The notes beneath the pieces were generated by a model. The model made no database searches and had not been told where the DNA came from. It saw nothing but the letters and a program-made list of their open reading frames with translations. Positions 30,258-39,653 of a DNA stretch of 58,786 bases are shown here, piece by piece. Location of the stretch: NCBI GenBank assembly GCA_050730415.1, contig JBOHNC010000328.1, forward strand, positions 1-58,786, in the 5' to 3' direction. Within the stretch, counting starts at the first letter, position 1. Every line of letters starts with the position of its first letter. Position numbers and translations under genes: made by a program. The DNA comes from Planctomycetota bacterium. GTDB lineage: Bacteria; Planctomycetota; SZUA-567; H5-PLA8; JBOHNC01.

Positions 30258-33200
30258 TCGGCAAACTGATTGACCTTTGCCTGCGCAACCGCGGCTTGGT
30301 GCTGTTGCTGACGCTCGTGCTGATCGCCGCCGGCATCTACGCGGCCTGCACCATCAACCTCGATGCCATCCCCGACCTGTCCGATGTCCAGGTGATCGTG
30401 CGCACCGAATTCCCCGGCCAGGCGCCGCAGATCGTCGAAGACCAGGTCACCTACCCGTTGACCACCGCCATGCTGCAGGTGCCGCAAGCGAAGGTCGTGC
30501 GCGGCTACAGCCTGTTCGGCACCAGCTTCGTCTACGTCATCTTCAAAGACGGCACCGACATGTACTGGGCTCGCAGTCGCGTCCTGGAACAGCTCAACGC
30601 CGTTGCCAGCCGTCTGCCGGTCGGCGTGACGCCGCAACTCGGACCGGATGCGACCGGCGTCGGCTGGATTTTCGAATATGCGCTGGTCACGGGCCCCTAC
30701 AGTCCGGCGCACCCCAACGGCGCCTGGCACGATCCGGCCACCGACCGCTGGTATGCGTCGCGCGCCGATGCTCCGCAGGACCGCGTCATCCGTCAGCGCC
30801 TGGTGCACCACCGCATTTTTGAAAAGCGAAAAGTGGCGTACTTCGATCCGCAGGAAGATCGGCGCTACGATTCCGTCGATGCCGCGCCGGCCGAAGCGCG
30901 CGCGCGCCTGCAACCGGTCGTCCTGATTAGGGGCTACGACCGCTGCCCACTGGACGGCACTCCCTTGGTAGACAGCACTGTCACGCTGCCCGAACTGCGC
31001 AGTCTCCAGGACTGGTACCTGCGCTACGAACTCACCGCCGTTCCGAATGTCAGTGAAGTGGCGGCGATCGGCGGCATGGTCAAGCAATACCAGGTCACCG
31101 TGGATCCGGTCAAGCTGCTGGCCTACAACCTGACGCTGAAGGAGGTGAAATCCGCGATCCAGCGGTCCAACTTGGATGTCGGTGGGCGGCTGATCGAACA
31201 GAGCGAAACGGAATATATGGTGCGCGGGCTGGGCTATTTGGGCACGCTCAGCGACGCCGAATTGGCGAAAGCACAGGCGAACGGGCAATCCATCGAGGAT
31301 CTGCGCACCCAGCGCGTCATCGCCGAATTACGGGAGGTCGTGTTGCGCGCCACGCCGATGGGTAGCCCGGTGTATTTGTCCGACGTGGCCGACGTGCGCA
31401 CCGGTCCCGACATCCGACGCTGCGTGGCCGACTGGAACGGCGCCGGCGAGACTGTCGGCGGCGTGATCATCATGCGCTCCGGCGAGAACGCGCTGACCAC
31501 GATCGATGGGGTGAAAGCACGCCTGAGCGAACTGGAAAAGGGGCTGCCTCCGGGCGTCGAAATCGAAACCGCTTACGATCGCAGCGACCTGATTGAACGT
31601 GCCGTACACACGCTCGCACACACGCTGATCGAGGAAATCGTGATCGTGACTTTAATTTGCCTGCTGTTTCTATTGCACGCGCGCAGTGCTCTGGTGGCCG
31701 CCTTCGTCCTGCCCACCGGCGTGCTGGCCAGCTTGCTTTTGATGAAACTCTGCGGGATCAACGCCAACATCATGAGCTTGGGCGGTATCGCCATCGCCAT
31801 TGGAGTGATGGTGGACAGCTCAATCATCATGGTCGAGAACGCGCACAAGCATTTGGAATGGGAAAAAACCCGCGTGGCTGGCGGCGCACCGCCGCGGCCG
31901 CGCCTGACGGTGATTGCCGAAGCCTCGCGCGAAGTTGGCCCGAGCCTGTTTTTCGCGCTGCTAATTATCGTCGTCAGCTTTCTGCCGATTTTCGTGTTGG
32001 GCGAACAGGCCGGGCGCCTGTTCAAGCCGCTGGCCTTCACCAAAAGTTTCGCAATGGCCGCCGGCGCCATTCTGGCGGTCACCGCGGTGCCGGTGCTGAT
32101 GTACTTTTTCGTCAGTGAACGGACCGCGCCCCGGACCTGGCCGCGATTCTTCCGCTGGTTGTTTTATGCCGCCGTCATCCTCGTGCCAGCCAGCGTGCTG
32201 GCGACGATTCCGCTGCCCGATTTCGAGGCCTGGCGCGGATGGCTGGTTGGGGTCTGGATCGCGCTGGCGGCGCTCGTCACCCTGCCGCAGGCGATTCCCG
32301 CCGAGCAGCGCAATCCCGTCAGCCGGGTGCTCGAGGCCATCTACAACCCCGCCTTTGTTCTGGCGATGCGCTTCCGTTGGGCCGTGCTGGGGCTGGCGCT
32401 GTTGGTGCTGGCGGCGACGTGGTTTCCATTTCAGCGTTTGGGCAGTGAATTCATGCCACCGCTGGAGGAAGGGGATTTGCTGTACATGCCGACGACCGAT
32501 CCGGGCATCAGCATGACCAAGGCGCGAGAATTGCTCAGCCAGACCGACCGGATCATTAAGCAGTTTCCCGAGGTGAAAACCGTCTTCGGCAAGGCCGGCC
32601 GCGCCGATACCGCCACCGACCCCGCTCCGCCCAGCATGTTCGAAACCACGGTGGTGCTGGAGCGTGACCGGCGCAAGTGGCCACAGGTGCCAGTGGCTCG
32701 CTGCTACGCCGACTGGCCGAATTGGGCACGTTGGCTGCCGGAAAAAATCTGGCCCGACACGCGATCCATCACCGTTGACGAATTGGTGTACGGCTACGTT
32801 CTGCCCGGTGGCGCCAACCCGATCCATGTCCCGGGGCTCAACGATGCCCTGCAGATTCCCGGCCTGACCAACGCCTGGACGATGCCGATCCGGACCCGCA
32901 TCGACATGCTCTCGACCGGCATCAAGACGCCGGTGGGCATCAAGGTGATGGGCCCGGATCTGAAAACGCTGGCGGCGCTGGCCGAGCAGATCGCGGAAGT
33001 GCTTAAAACCGATCCGGCCACCGCCGACTTCACCGCCAGCGCCTTTCCTGAAAAATCGGTCGGTGGCGACTACTGCGACGTGGCCATCGATCGTGCCAAG
33101 ATCGCGCGCTACGGTCTCAATGTCGGCGACGTGCAGGACACGATCCAAAGTGCCATGGGCGGGATGAATATCAGTCAGACCATCGAGGGCCTCGAACGGT

Positions 33201-34072
33201 ACCAGATCAATCTGCGCTATCCCCGCGACCTGCGAAACAACATTGAAGCCATGAAGCAGACCTTGATCGCCACACCGCAAGGCGCGCAGATTCCGCTCGG
33301 CCAACTGGCCGAGTTCACCATTCACAAAGGCCCGCCGATGGTCAAAAGCGAAAACGGCCGACTGACCAGTTGGGTGTATGTGGACATTACCGGTCTCGAT
33401 GTCGGGACCTACGTCCAGCGCGCTCAGGCGGCGGTGGTGAAAAAAGTCACGTTACCTCAGAGCTATACCTTGGTCTGGTCGGGGCAGTACCAGTACATGC
33501 AGGAAGCCGCGGCGCGACTGTGGATTGCGGTGCCCTTGACGCTGGTGCTGATCGTCGTACTGCTCTACGCGGCTACCCGCAGTTGGTTGCGCGTGGGCAT
33601 TGTGCTCCTGGCACTGCCCTTCAGCCTGATCGGCGCGACCTGGATGTTGTACTTTCTGGACTACCACCTGTCGCTGGCGGTGGCCGTCGGAATGATCGCC
33701 CTGGCCGGGCTCGATGCCGAAACCGGCATTGTCATGCTGCTCTACCTGGAAACCAGTTTTGCGCGTTTTCAGACCGAGGGCCGCATGCGCAGCCGTGACG
33801 ACCTGTGGCATGCGGTCCACGACGGGGCGGTCAAGCGGATCCGGCCCAAGATGATGACCGTGCTGGCGGCTGGGCTGGGGCTGGTGCCGCTTCTGTGGGC
33901 GCAGGGCGCCGGCGCCGACACCATGCGTCGGCTGGCCGCGCCGATGATCGGCGGTCTGACCACCAGCTTCGTGATGGAGCTCCTGCTCTACCCGGTGATC
34001 TTTTACGTCCTACAGTCTTTTTTGCACCGTGCCGCGTTCGATCGGCTGGCGGACGAGCCGCAGCAGACATGA
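30254..34072 (+). CDS. cusA: CusA/CzcA-family heavy-metal (Cu/Ag type) RND efflux permease, enlarged (1272 aa)
   Basis: It has an ATGA overlap with cusB. The TM4 motif GGIAIAIGVMVDSSIIMVENAHKHL resembles E. coli CusA [25 protein letters not shown]. Blocks equivalent to the CusA Met triad are GDLLYMPTT (Met codon 32486), PPSMFETT (32636) and RIDMLSTGIKTPVGIKV (32906). Confidence 0.95.
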   Translation: MIGKLIDLCLRNRGLVLLLTLVLIAAGIYAACTINLDAIPDLSDVQVIVRTEFPGQAPQIVEDQVTYPLTTAMLQVPQAKVVRGYSLFGTSFVYVIFKDGTDMYWARSRVLEQLNAVASRLPVGVTPQLGPDATGVGWIFEYALVTGPYSPAHPNGAWHDPATDRWYASRADAPQDRVIRQRLVHHRIFEKRKVAYFDPQEDRRYDSVDAAPAEARARLQPVVLIRGYDRCPLDGTPLVDSTVTLPELRSLQDWYLRYELTAVPNVSEVAAIGGMVKQYQVTVDPVKLLAYNLTLKEVKSAIQRSNLDVGGRLIEQSETEYMVRGLGYLGTLSDAELAKAQANGQSIEDLRTQRVIAELREVVLRATPMGSPVYLSDVADVRTGPDIRRCVADWNGAGETVGGVIIMRSGENALTTIDGVKARLSELEKGLPPGVEIETAYDRSDLIERAVHTLAHTLIEEIVIVTLICLLFLLHARSALVAAFVLPTGVLASLLLMKLCGINANIMSLGGIAIAIGVMVDSSIIMVENAHKHLEWEKTRVAGGAPPRPRLTVIAEASREVGPSLFFALLIIVVSFLPIFVLGEQAGRLFKPLAFTKSFAMAAGAILAVTAVPVLMYFFVSERTAPRTWPRFFRWLFYAAVILVPASVLATIPLPDFEAWRGWLVGVWIALAALVTLPQAIPAEQRNPVSRVLEAIYNPAFVLAMRFRWAVLGLALLVLAATWFPFQRLGSEFMPPLEEGDLLYMPTTDPGISMTKARELLSQTDRIIKQFPEVKTVFGKAGRADTATDPAPPSMFETTVVLERDRRKWPQVPVARCYADWPNWARWLPEKIWPDTRSITVDELVYGYVLPGGANPIHVPGLNDALQIPGLTNAWTMPIRTRIDMLSTGIKTPVGIKVMGPDLKTLAALAEQIAEVLKTDPATADFTASAFPEKSVGGDYCDVAIDRAKIARYGLNVGDVQDTIQSAMGGMNISQTIEGLERYQINLRYPRDLRNNIEAMKQTLIATPQGAQIPLGQLAEFTIHKGPPMVKSENGRLTSWVYVDITGLDVGTYVQRAQAAVVKKVTLPQSYTLVWSGQYQYMQEAAARLWIAVPLTLVLIVVLLYAATRSWLRVGIVLLALPFSLIGATWMLYFLDYHLSLAVAVGMIALAGLDAETGIVMLLYLETSFARFQTEGRMRSRDDLWHAVHDGAVKRIRPKMMTVLAAGLGLVPLLWAQGAGADTMRRLAAPMIGGLTTSFVMELLLYPVIFYVLQSFLHRAAFDRLADEPQQT

Positions 34073-34217
34073 TCGCGATTGCCGCACGATCTCGTTTTCG
34101 TCCCTGACACGCCTTCCGTTGCGACGTCAGCTTCGTCTGTCCGATCCAATGCCCCCTGAAGCAAATACAAGCGCTATTTCCACGATTGGGCGGTGGGGCC
34201 GCCGCTGCCGTGGCGGC

Positions 34218-35801
34218 CTACCACCAGGCGTGGTAGTCGATTTCCTGGAAGATGGCGTTGCGGCTTTCGAGCTGGGCAATCCAGGGATCTTCCAGCCGGC
34301 CTTCGACGATCTGCAGATAGATGCCGTTGAAATTATGCAGGTGGTCGCGCGTGCGCCGTTCGGCGTAGGGCACCATCGTACCGGTGGTCATGATGAAGGC
34401 CCAATCGGAACTTTGCGCCAGCAGCAATTCGCGGCCGGCCTGATTGAGCGCCCGCCGCAGCAGGCCGTCGGCCTGCGGGTAGCGATGGCAAAGCTCGGCC
34501 ATTCGCTTTTCAGCCACGTGCAGGTGGCGGTAGATCCAGTCGTTTGAAGCGTTCAGCCAGACTTCGTAGAAGCCCTTGTCGCCCCAGCTCGAGGCCGCCG
34601 GCCGCACCACCTGATTTTCGGGGTGCAGATCGAGATATTCCGGCGGGGTGATCAGTGCGATCTCATGCTGTTTCGTCGCGATGTCGCGGAACAGATTTTC
34701 CAGAAACCACGGCCCTTCGAACCACCAATGCCCGAACAGTTCCGCGTCGTAGGGACAGACCACGATCGGTTCGACGCCCAGCACGCTGTGCAGGTGTTTG
34801 ATCTGTACCTGTCGGTTGAACATGAAATTGGCCGCGTGGGATTGAGTCTTTCCCCAGGCCCAGTCCGGTCGGTAGGCTTCCTTCTGGTGCAGCGGAACCT
34901 GACCGGTGATGCGGTGGTACTTCAGCCCGATGTTGCGCCGAATGCCGTCGGAATGCAGATGGGGCTGGATAAATTCGTAGCCAGCGTCGTAGCCCAGATC
35001 GCGGTAGAACTCGCGGTAGTCCGCATCGCCGGGGTAGCCTTCCTTGGAACTCCACACCTGCCGGCTCGATTCCGGATCGCGGCCGAAGGCGGCGGTTCCG
35101 TTGGGCGCGTAGATGGGCCGGTAGACGCCGCAGCGCGGGGTGGGGGTGCCCAGCACCAGGCCGTGACTGTCGAGCATGAAGTAATCGATGCCGACCTCAT
35201 GCACCAAGTCTTCAATCCCCGGAACATAAGCGCACTCGGGCAGCCAGATTCCGCGCGGATCGCACTGAAAATGCTTGCGGTAGTTTTCACGCGCGACCCT
35301 CAATTGCGCGCGGCGCGCGTTGTCGCCACTCATCAGCGGCAGCAGCCCGTGCGTCGCGCCGCAGGTGATGACTTCCAGGTAGCCGGCGTATTGCAGGGCG
35401 GCGAAGGCCGAAACCAGATTTTTGTTGTAGCGCAGAAAACAGTCGCGGCACTCCCGGAACCGCGTCAGGTACATGTGCGTGACTTGGTGAAACGGCGATT
35501 CCGGACCGTGGCTGCGCGACTCTGCTTCGCACAGGCGGATCAGCTTTTCAAGCTTCGCCAGGTAGCGGTCCTGCAACAGCGGATCGACCATCATTTCGCA
35601 CAAAGGTGGGGTGAGCGACATCGTCAGCCGGAACGGCACCTTGTCCTGCGCCAGCCGCTCCATCATCAGAATCAACGGAATGTAAGTTTCCGAGTTGGCC
35701 TCGTACAGCCAGTCCTCCTCGATGAAATCGGGGTATTCCGGGTGCCGAATGTAAGGCAGGTGTGCGTGCAGGACAAAGCACAGGTAACCTTGGAATGCCA
35801 T
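34218..35801 (-). CDS. Glycoside hydrolase family 57 protein (1,4-alpha-glucan branching enzyme type)
   Basis: ORF 34218..35813(-) begins with TTG. I prefer the ATG at 35799-35801 (MAFQGYLCFVLHAHLPYIRHPEYPDFIEEDWLYEA...). The GH57 N-terminal signature HAHLPY and a DUF1957-like C-terminus are present. Its neighbours are glycogen genes. Confidence 0.9.
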   Translation of the reverse strand: MAFQGYLCFVLHAHLPYIRHPEYPDFIEEDWLYEANSETYIPLILMMERLAQDKVPFRLTMSLTPPLCEMMVDPLLQDRYLAKLEKLIRLCEAESRSHGPESPFHQVTHMYLTRFRECRDCFLRYNKNLVSAFAALQYAGYLEVITCGATHGLLPLMSGDNARRAQLRVARENYRKHFQCDPRGIWLPECAYVPGIEDLVHEVGIDYFMLDSHGLVLGTPTPRCGVYRPIYAPNGTAAFGRDPESSRQVWSSKEGYPGDADYREFYRDLGYDAGYEFIQPHLHSDGIRRNIGLKYHRITGQVPLHQKEAYRPDWAWGKTQSHAANFMFNRQVQIKHLHSVLGVEPIVVCPYDAELFGHWWFEGPWFLENLFRDIATKQHEIALITPPEYLDLHPENQVVRPAASSWGDKGFYEVWLNASNDWIYRHLHVAEKRMAELCHRYPQADGLLRRALNQAGRELLLAQSSDWAFIMTTGTMVPYAERRTRDHLHNFNGIYLQIVEGRLEDPWIAQLESRNAIFQEIDYHAWW

Positions 35802-35880
35802 GCTGGACCTCAATGCTAAGGTTGGGAATCGAAAATCCGTCGCCGCCGTTCAGTCAGGTTCTCATCCTTCCAAACGGGAG

Positions 35881-37080
35881 CTAGGTGGTGGGCCGGGGTT
35901 GCAGTGTACCCGAAAAGGACGAGGGTACGTCGAGCTTGGGCTTGGCCTGCTTCAGCACGTGCATGACCTCGATTTCTTCGCCCTTGGCTTCGGCCTGCCA
36001 TTCACCGCGGTAACGTGTCATCGCCGAGGACCCGAGGGGAACCGGCGCCGATTCGTAGGCAAACCGGCCCAGCGGCACCCGCCAGCGGCGGCGCGTGATC
36101 GTGGTGCCCTCGCCGCCGGGCAGTTGGATTTCGTCGAACTCCGCGTCGCGCAGCATTTTCTGCTGGTCTTCGAGTGGGTACTCCCAGCCCGTGTCGGGGC
36201 GGTCACGGTGCGCGATCACGTAGGCGACCGCACGCGTGCGGTGCAGCTTTCGCGCGTCGCGCACGACCACCGCCCAGGTTTCGCTCGGGTCGTGAGAAAG
36301 ATCCGAAACCGGCATGGCGCGCACGTCGGAACAGGCCACTTCAAAAAATTGCCCGTCGCCCTGTTTGACGCCGATGTGCGCCCGGTACTGCTCCCCTTCG
36401 CTAACCTTCAAATACCAGCACACTGCCCCGCCGACGTAGATGTCGAAGCTGGAGCCCCGCGTCACCGCGTCGATCCGTAGCACCCATTCGCCGCCGCGCC
36501 GCCGCGCTTCCTGGGTCCCCGGCCCATCCAGTTCCCAGAAAATAAACAGGTAGTGCGGGTCGCGCGGCAGGATGGTCACGCGATCCAAGCTGTAGGTCTG
36601 CGGCAAGGGCATGCCCCGGTCGATGTACACATCGTGCGGTTCCAGCGGTTCGCGGAAACCGGTCGGGGGTGGGGTGAGGGGAATCCGGGAGGAAGCCATC
36701 TCCACCGGCAAATCGGCCGCCTTGGGATTGATCCGGCCCAAGGAAGCGCGGCCGCCCTTGCCGGTCGTTGGCTTGACCGAACTCCGTCCAGACGGCGCCG
36801 CAGGTTTGGATGCTGTGACGGTGTCCGACGCGGGAATCGCCGGCTTGCTTACCGCGGGCGGCGTTTCGGCCTTTCCGCTGCGCGATTTCGACGGCTCCTT
36901 TTTGGTTTTGGCGGTCAGCGATTCGATCAGATCGATCAGATCCTGCTTCTTCAGGTGCCAGTAATCCTTGAACGGCAAGCCTAACAACCGCGCCTGCTCC
37001 CGCAGGTCCCGCACGGTGGGCCCGTCGGATTTCTGGAACAGGTGCCCCTTGTTCCCGCTCTTTTTTTTCGGATCTTTCAC
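35881..37080 (-). CDS. DUF4912-like protein with N-terminal Rho_N/SAP-like helix-hairpin and low-complexity linker
   Basis: The GTG start overlaps the glgC stop (GTGA). The N-terminus reads VRDLREQARLLGLPFKDYWHLKKQDLIDLIESL, followed by a Ser/Pro/Lys-rich linker. The core contains ILPRDPHYLFIFWELDG, the pattern I associate with DUF4912. It sits between glgC and GH57. Confidence 0.75.
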   Translation of the reverse strand: MKDPKKKSGNKGHLFQKSDGPTVRDLREQARLLGLPFKDYWHLKKQDLIDLIESLTAKTKKEPSKSRSGKAETPPAVSKPAIPASDTVTASKPAAPSGRSSVKPTTGKGGRASLGRINPKAADLPVEMASSRIPLTPPPTGFREPLEPHDVYIDRGMPLPQTYSLDRVTILPRDPHYLFIFWELDGPGTQEARRRGGEWVLRIDAVTRGSSFDIYVGGAVCWYLKVSEGEQYRAHIGVKQGDGQFFEVACSDVRAMPVSDLSHDPSETWAVVVRDARKLHRTRAVAYVIAHRDRPDTGWEYPLEDQQKMLRDAEFDEIQLPGGEGTTITRRRWRVPLGRFAYESAPVPLGSSAMTRYRGEWQAEAKGEEIEVMHVLKQAKPKLDVPSSFSGTLQPRPTT

Positions 37081-38414
37081 GCTTCGCCCCCCTGTACGGC
37101 TTTGCTTCGGGAACTGGCCGACTTGCGCGGCAGTTCGGCGCTTCCCACGTCGTTCCGGTAGCCCTTGGGAATGATCACGATGCCCTTTTCAGAAATCTGA
37201 AAGCGCCGACGATCTTCTTCCAGGTCGTAGCCGATCATGGTTTTATCGGCGAGCACCACGTGCTTGTCCGAGATGCAGCGGCGGATCTTGCAGCCCTTCC
37301 CGACCCGCGTATCTTCCATGATCACCGATTCCTCGATCAACGACCCGTCCCCGACAATCACCTTCGGCCCAAGAATGCTGCGCTCGACCACGCACCTGGT
37401 CAATCGGCAGCCCGAGGTCACCATCGAATGCTCAATGCGGCAGCCGGCGTCCTTGCCCACGCCGCCATCGAAGTGCGCCGGCGGCAGTTGGTCCCGGAAG
37501 GTGCGGATCGGCCAATGCGAACCGCCGAGATCGAGTGGTGGATTCTCGCCAGTGAGGTCCATATGTGCATCGTAATACGCATCCAGCGTGCCAACGTCAC
37601 GCCAATAGGCCTCCGAGCCGTCCCGTTCATGCACGCCTTCCATCATGTGTGCCTGTAAACGCTTGCGTTCGAGCATCCCCGGGATGATATTTTTCCCGAA
37701 ATCGTGGCTCGATTCGTCCTTCCGAGCGTCTTTTGTCAGTTCCCGCACCAGCACGTCTGTGTTGAATATATAAATCCCCATGCTGGCCAGACATTTACCG
37801 GGGTGGCCGGGAATCGCCGGTGGGTTGGTCTTCGGTTTTTCCTGGAAACCGGTAATCCGCCCTTCGGCGTCGACCACCATCACGCCGAATTCCGATGCCT
37901 CCGACTTATCGATTCGAATGCCCCCGATCGTCAGGTCCGCCTTGGCGTCCACGTGACGGCGCAACATCGCCGCGTAATTCATTTTGTAGATGTGGTCGCC
38001 GGACAGAATCAGCACCCGCGACGGCTTGACCGATTCCAACAGGTAAATGTTCTGATAGATTGCATCGGCCGTGCCCTGATACCAGTGGCTGTTGACCCGC
38101 AGTTGCGGCGGGATCAGGTTCAATTCCTCGCCCAGCTCCGGCCGGTTCATGAACAGCCACGCGTCGCGTAAATGCCGGTCCAGCGAAAAGGACTTGTACT
38201 GGGTCAGAATGTTAATGTGGCGCAACCCCGAGTTCAGGCAGTTCGACAGCGTGAAATCGATGATGCGGTAGATGCCACCGAACGGCACTCCCGGCTTGGC
38301 GCGATCCTTGGTCAGCGGGTACAGTCGCGAACCCTGGCCACCGGCCATGATGATGACCAGGGTCTCGTCCAGCAATTGATTGTTGCGTAAGTTAAGCATC
38401 GGCTGTAACACCAC
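37077..38414 (-). CDS. glgC: Glucose-1-phosphate adenylyltransferase
   Basis: The N-terminal motif is VIIMAGGQGSRLYPLTKDRAKPGVPFGGIYRIIDFTLSNCLNSG, and the C-terminus is a left-handed beta-helix. GTG at 38414 or ATG at 38399 are both possible starts. Confidence 0.95.
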   Translation of the reverse strand: MVLQPMLNLRNNQLLDETLVIIMAGGQGSRLYPLTKDRAKPGVPFGGIYRIIDFTLSNCLNSGLRHINILTQYKSFSLDRHLRDAWLFMNRPELGEELNLIPPQLRVNSHWYQGTADAIYQNIYLLESVKPSRVLILSGDHIYKMNYAAMLRRHVDAKADLTIGGIRIDKSEASEFGVMVVDAEGRITGFQEKPKTNPPAIPGHPGKCLASMGIYIFNTDVLVRELTKDARKDESSHDFGKNIIPGMLERKRLQAHMMEGVHERDGSEAYWRDVGTLDAYYDAHMDLTGENPPLDLGGSHWPIRTFRDQLPPAHFDGGVGKDAGCRIEHSMVTSGCRLTRCVVERSILGPKVIVGDGSLIEESVIMEDTRVGKGCKIRRCISDKHVVLADKTMIGYDLEEDRRRFQISEKGIVIIPKGYRNDVGSAELPRKSASSRSKAVQGGEA

Positions 38415-38544
38415 CCCCGTGCCCGACGCTGGGTCGAGCCTGTGAAATGCCTGGCATGGACTGCCGACCGAGATTTGCTCCCGCCAGCAGAAATGGCCCG
38501 AACCCCACCCGGACCAGGAAGCTCAATTCAACTAACCGAATGCG

Positions 38545-38934
38545 TCAACTGTTTTTGGCCGGCGTCGTGTCTTTCGATTTGGCCGCCAGCAATTCCTTGA
38601 TCTTGGCCCGCAGCTCCGTCAGGTCCGGGCTTTTCACCACGTACGCGTCGGCCGACCAAGTCATGAAATTGTCTTTGTAGTTCGAGTACGCCGTGTTGAG
38701 GATCACCGGCAGACTCTTGTTTTCGGCCAGGATCCGGTTCATCGTTTCGATGCCGTCCATCCCCGGCATGGAGATGTCCAAGACCACGATATCCGGCTGG
38801 ACTTTTTGAATCTGCGCGAGCCCGGCCAAGCCGGACTCCGCCAATTGCACCTCGTAGCCGTCGTCGCTCAGTTCCTGTTCGTAAAGTGACCGCAGATTTT
38901 TGTCGTCGTCAATGACCAACACCTTGGCACCCAT
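38545..38934 (-). CDS. Single-domain response regulator (CheY-like receiver)
   Basis: ORF 38545..39021(-). Start taken at ATG 38932-38934 (MGAKVLVIDDDKNLRSLYEQEL...). The receiver residues are DD, the phospho-acceptor context IVVLDISMPGMDG, and the ...NTAYS... and K region. There is no output domain. Confidence 0.85.
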   Translation of the reverse strand: MGAKVLVIDDDKNLRSLYEQELSDDGYEVQLAESGLAGLAQIQKVQPDIVVLDISMPGMDGIETMNRILAENKSLPVILNTAYSNYKDNFMTWSADAYVVKSPDLTELRAKIKELLAAKSKDTTPAKNS

Positions 38935-39023
38935 GAATCCCCCTCTCTGGCCCGTGCAGCAGTCCACCGCGGTTTTCCGCTGCACCGTGCAATGGGCGGT
39001 GGATGGCTCATCCACCTGCATAA

Positions 39024-39029
39024 ATTATA
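39024..39029 (-). promoter_or_regulatory. Perfect TATAAT -10 box (minus strand) about 90 nt upstream of the response-regulator start, with an A-rich UP-like tract further upstream
   Basis: The minus strand reads ...AAAAAATCACAAAAAAACGCATCAAGGTAGCGGGTTTCGTGAGTATAATTTATG. TATAAT corresponds to plus-strand 39024-39029. The -35 match is poor. Confidence 0.35.
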
Positions 39030-39079
39030 CTCACGAAACCCGCTACCTTGATGCGTTTTTTTGTGATTTTTTGGTTAGG

Positions 39080-39099
39080 ACGCACACGAACGCACACGA
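39080..39099. repeat. Perfect 10-bp tandem direct repeat ACGCACACGA x2
   Basis: Read directly: 39080-39089 and 39090-39099 are identical. The repeat lies in the intergenic region upstream (minus-strand sense) of the response regulator. Confidence 0.9.
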
Positions 39100-39332
39100 T
39101 CCACTTGAGGCCTCGTGCGCACATGTGCAGCCTCGCCCAAAAGCCTTCGCTCCACCCCAACTTTCGAACGATCCCGGCCAAAGCCGCGAAGCCGTTTAAG
39201 CAGCTTGGCACCGACGCAATCCTGCGTCGGCCGGACTTCCCAAATGTCAAAGCAGCCGAGCTTACAGCCCCGTGCCCGTCGCGCCCGCCCGACCAAAGGT
39301 ATGAACCACTCAAGGATTGTCCATACAGCTCG

Positions 39333-39653
39333 TTAAATCGTGCGCGTCACCATCGGTTGCAACTCGATTAGAAAACTCCGCAGGCCTTCCGCGACCTGGC
39401 TCGGAAATTCAGGGCTCTGGCCCAGATTGGCCAGAGTTTCGCGAATCGTCTTTCCCAACATTAATCCAGCTACCGCATCGCCGAAATCGGCCTGAAGTGC
39501 CGGCAATTCGAAATGCACGCGCGCGAAACGATACTGCCCATCGCTGTCGAGATTCAACCGGAAACGAATCGAATGAATGACCGATTTCGCCACTTCGGTT
39601 CGTCTTAGCCCACTTGATCCTGATGAACGTGGCGTTTGAACCATGGAATCCAT
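39333..39653 (-). CDS. Hypothetical protein (orphan, 106 aa)
   Basis: This is the only sizeable ORF with coding-like composition in the lower-GC stretch. It translates to MDSMVQTPRSSGSSGLRRTEVAKSVIHSIRFRLNLDSDGQYRFARVHFELPALQADFGDAVAGLMLGKTIRETLANLG... I recognise no family. Confidence 0.4.
   Translation of the reverse strand: MDSMVQTPRSSGSSGLRRTEVAKSVIHSIRFRLNLDSDGQYRFARVHFELPALQADFGDAVAGLMLGKTIRETLANLGQSPEFPSQVAEGLRSFLIELQPMVTRTI

Noticed and set aside
28263-33325. Minus-strand ORFs 28263..29498, 30128..31288, 31961..33325
   Set aside because: They are antisense to cusB and cusA, whose identity is supported by long colinear similarity to E. coli CusA/CusB motifs.
34197-34218. 7-bp GC hairpin (GGCCGCC-N8-GGCGGCC) between the convergent cusA and GH57 genes as a bidirectional terminator
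   Set aside because: There is no U/A tract on either side, and it abuts or overlaps the GH57 stop codon. It is plausible but unsupported as an intrinsic terminator.
34623-35819. 398-aa ORF on the plus strand
   Set aside because: It is antisense to the GH57 gene (HAHLPY signature).
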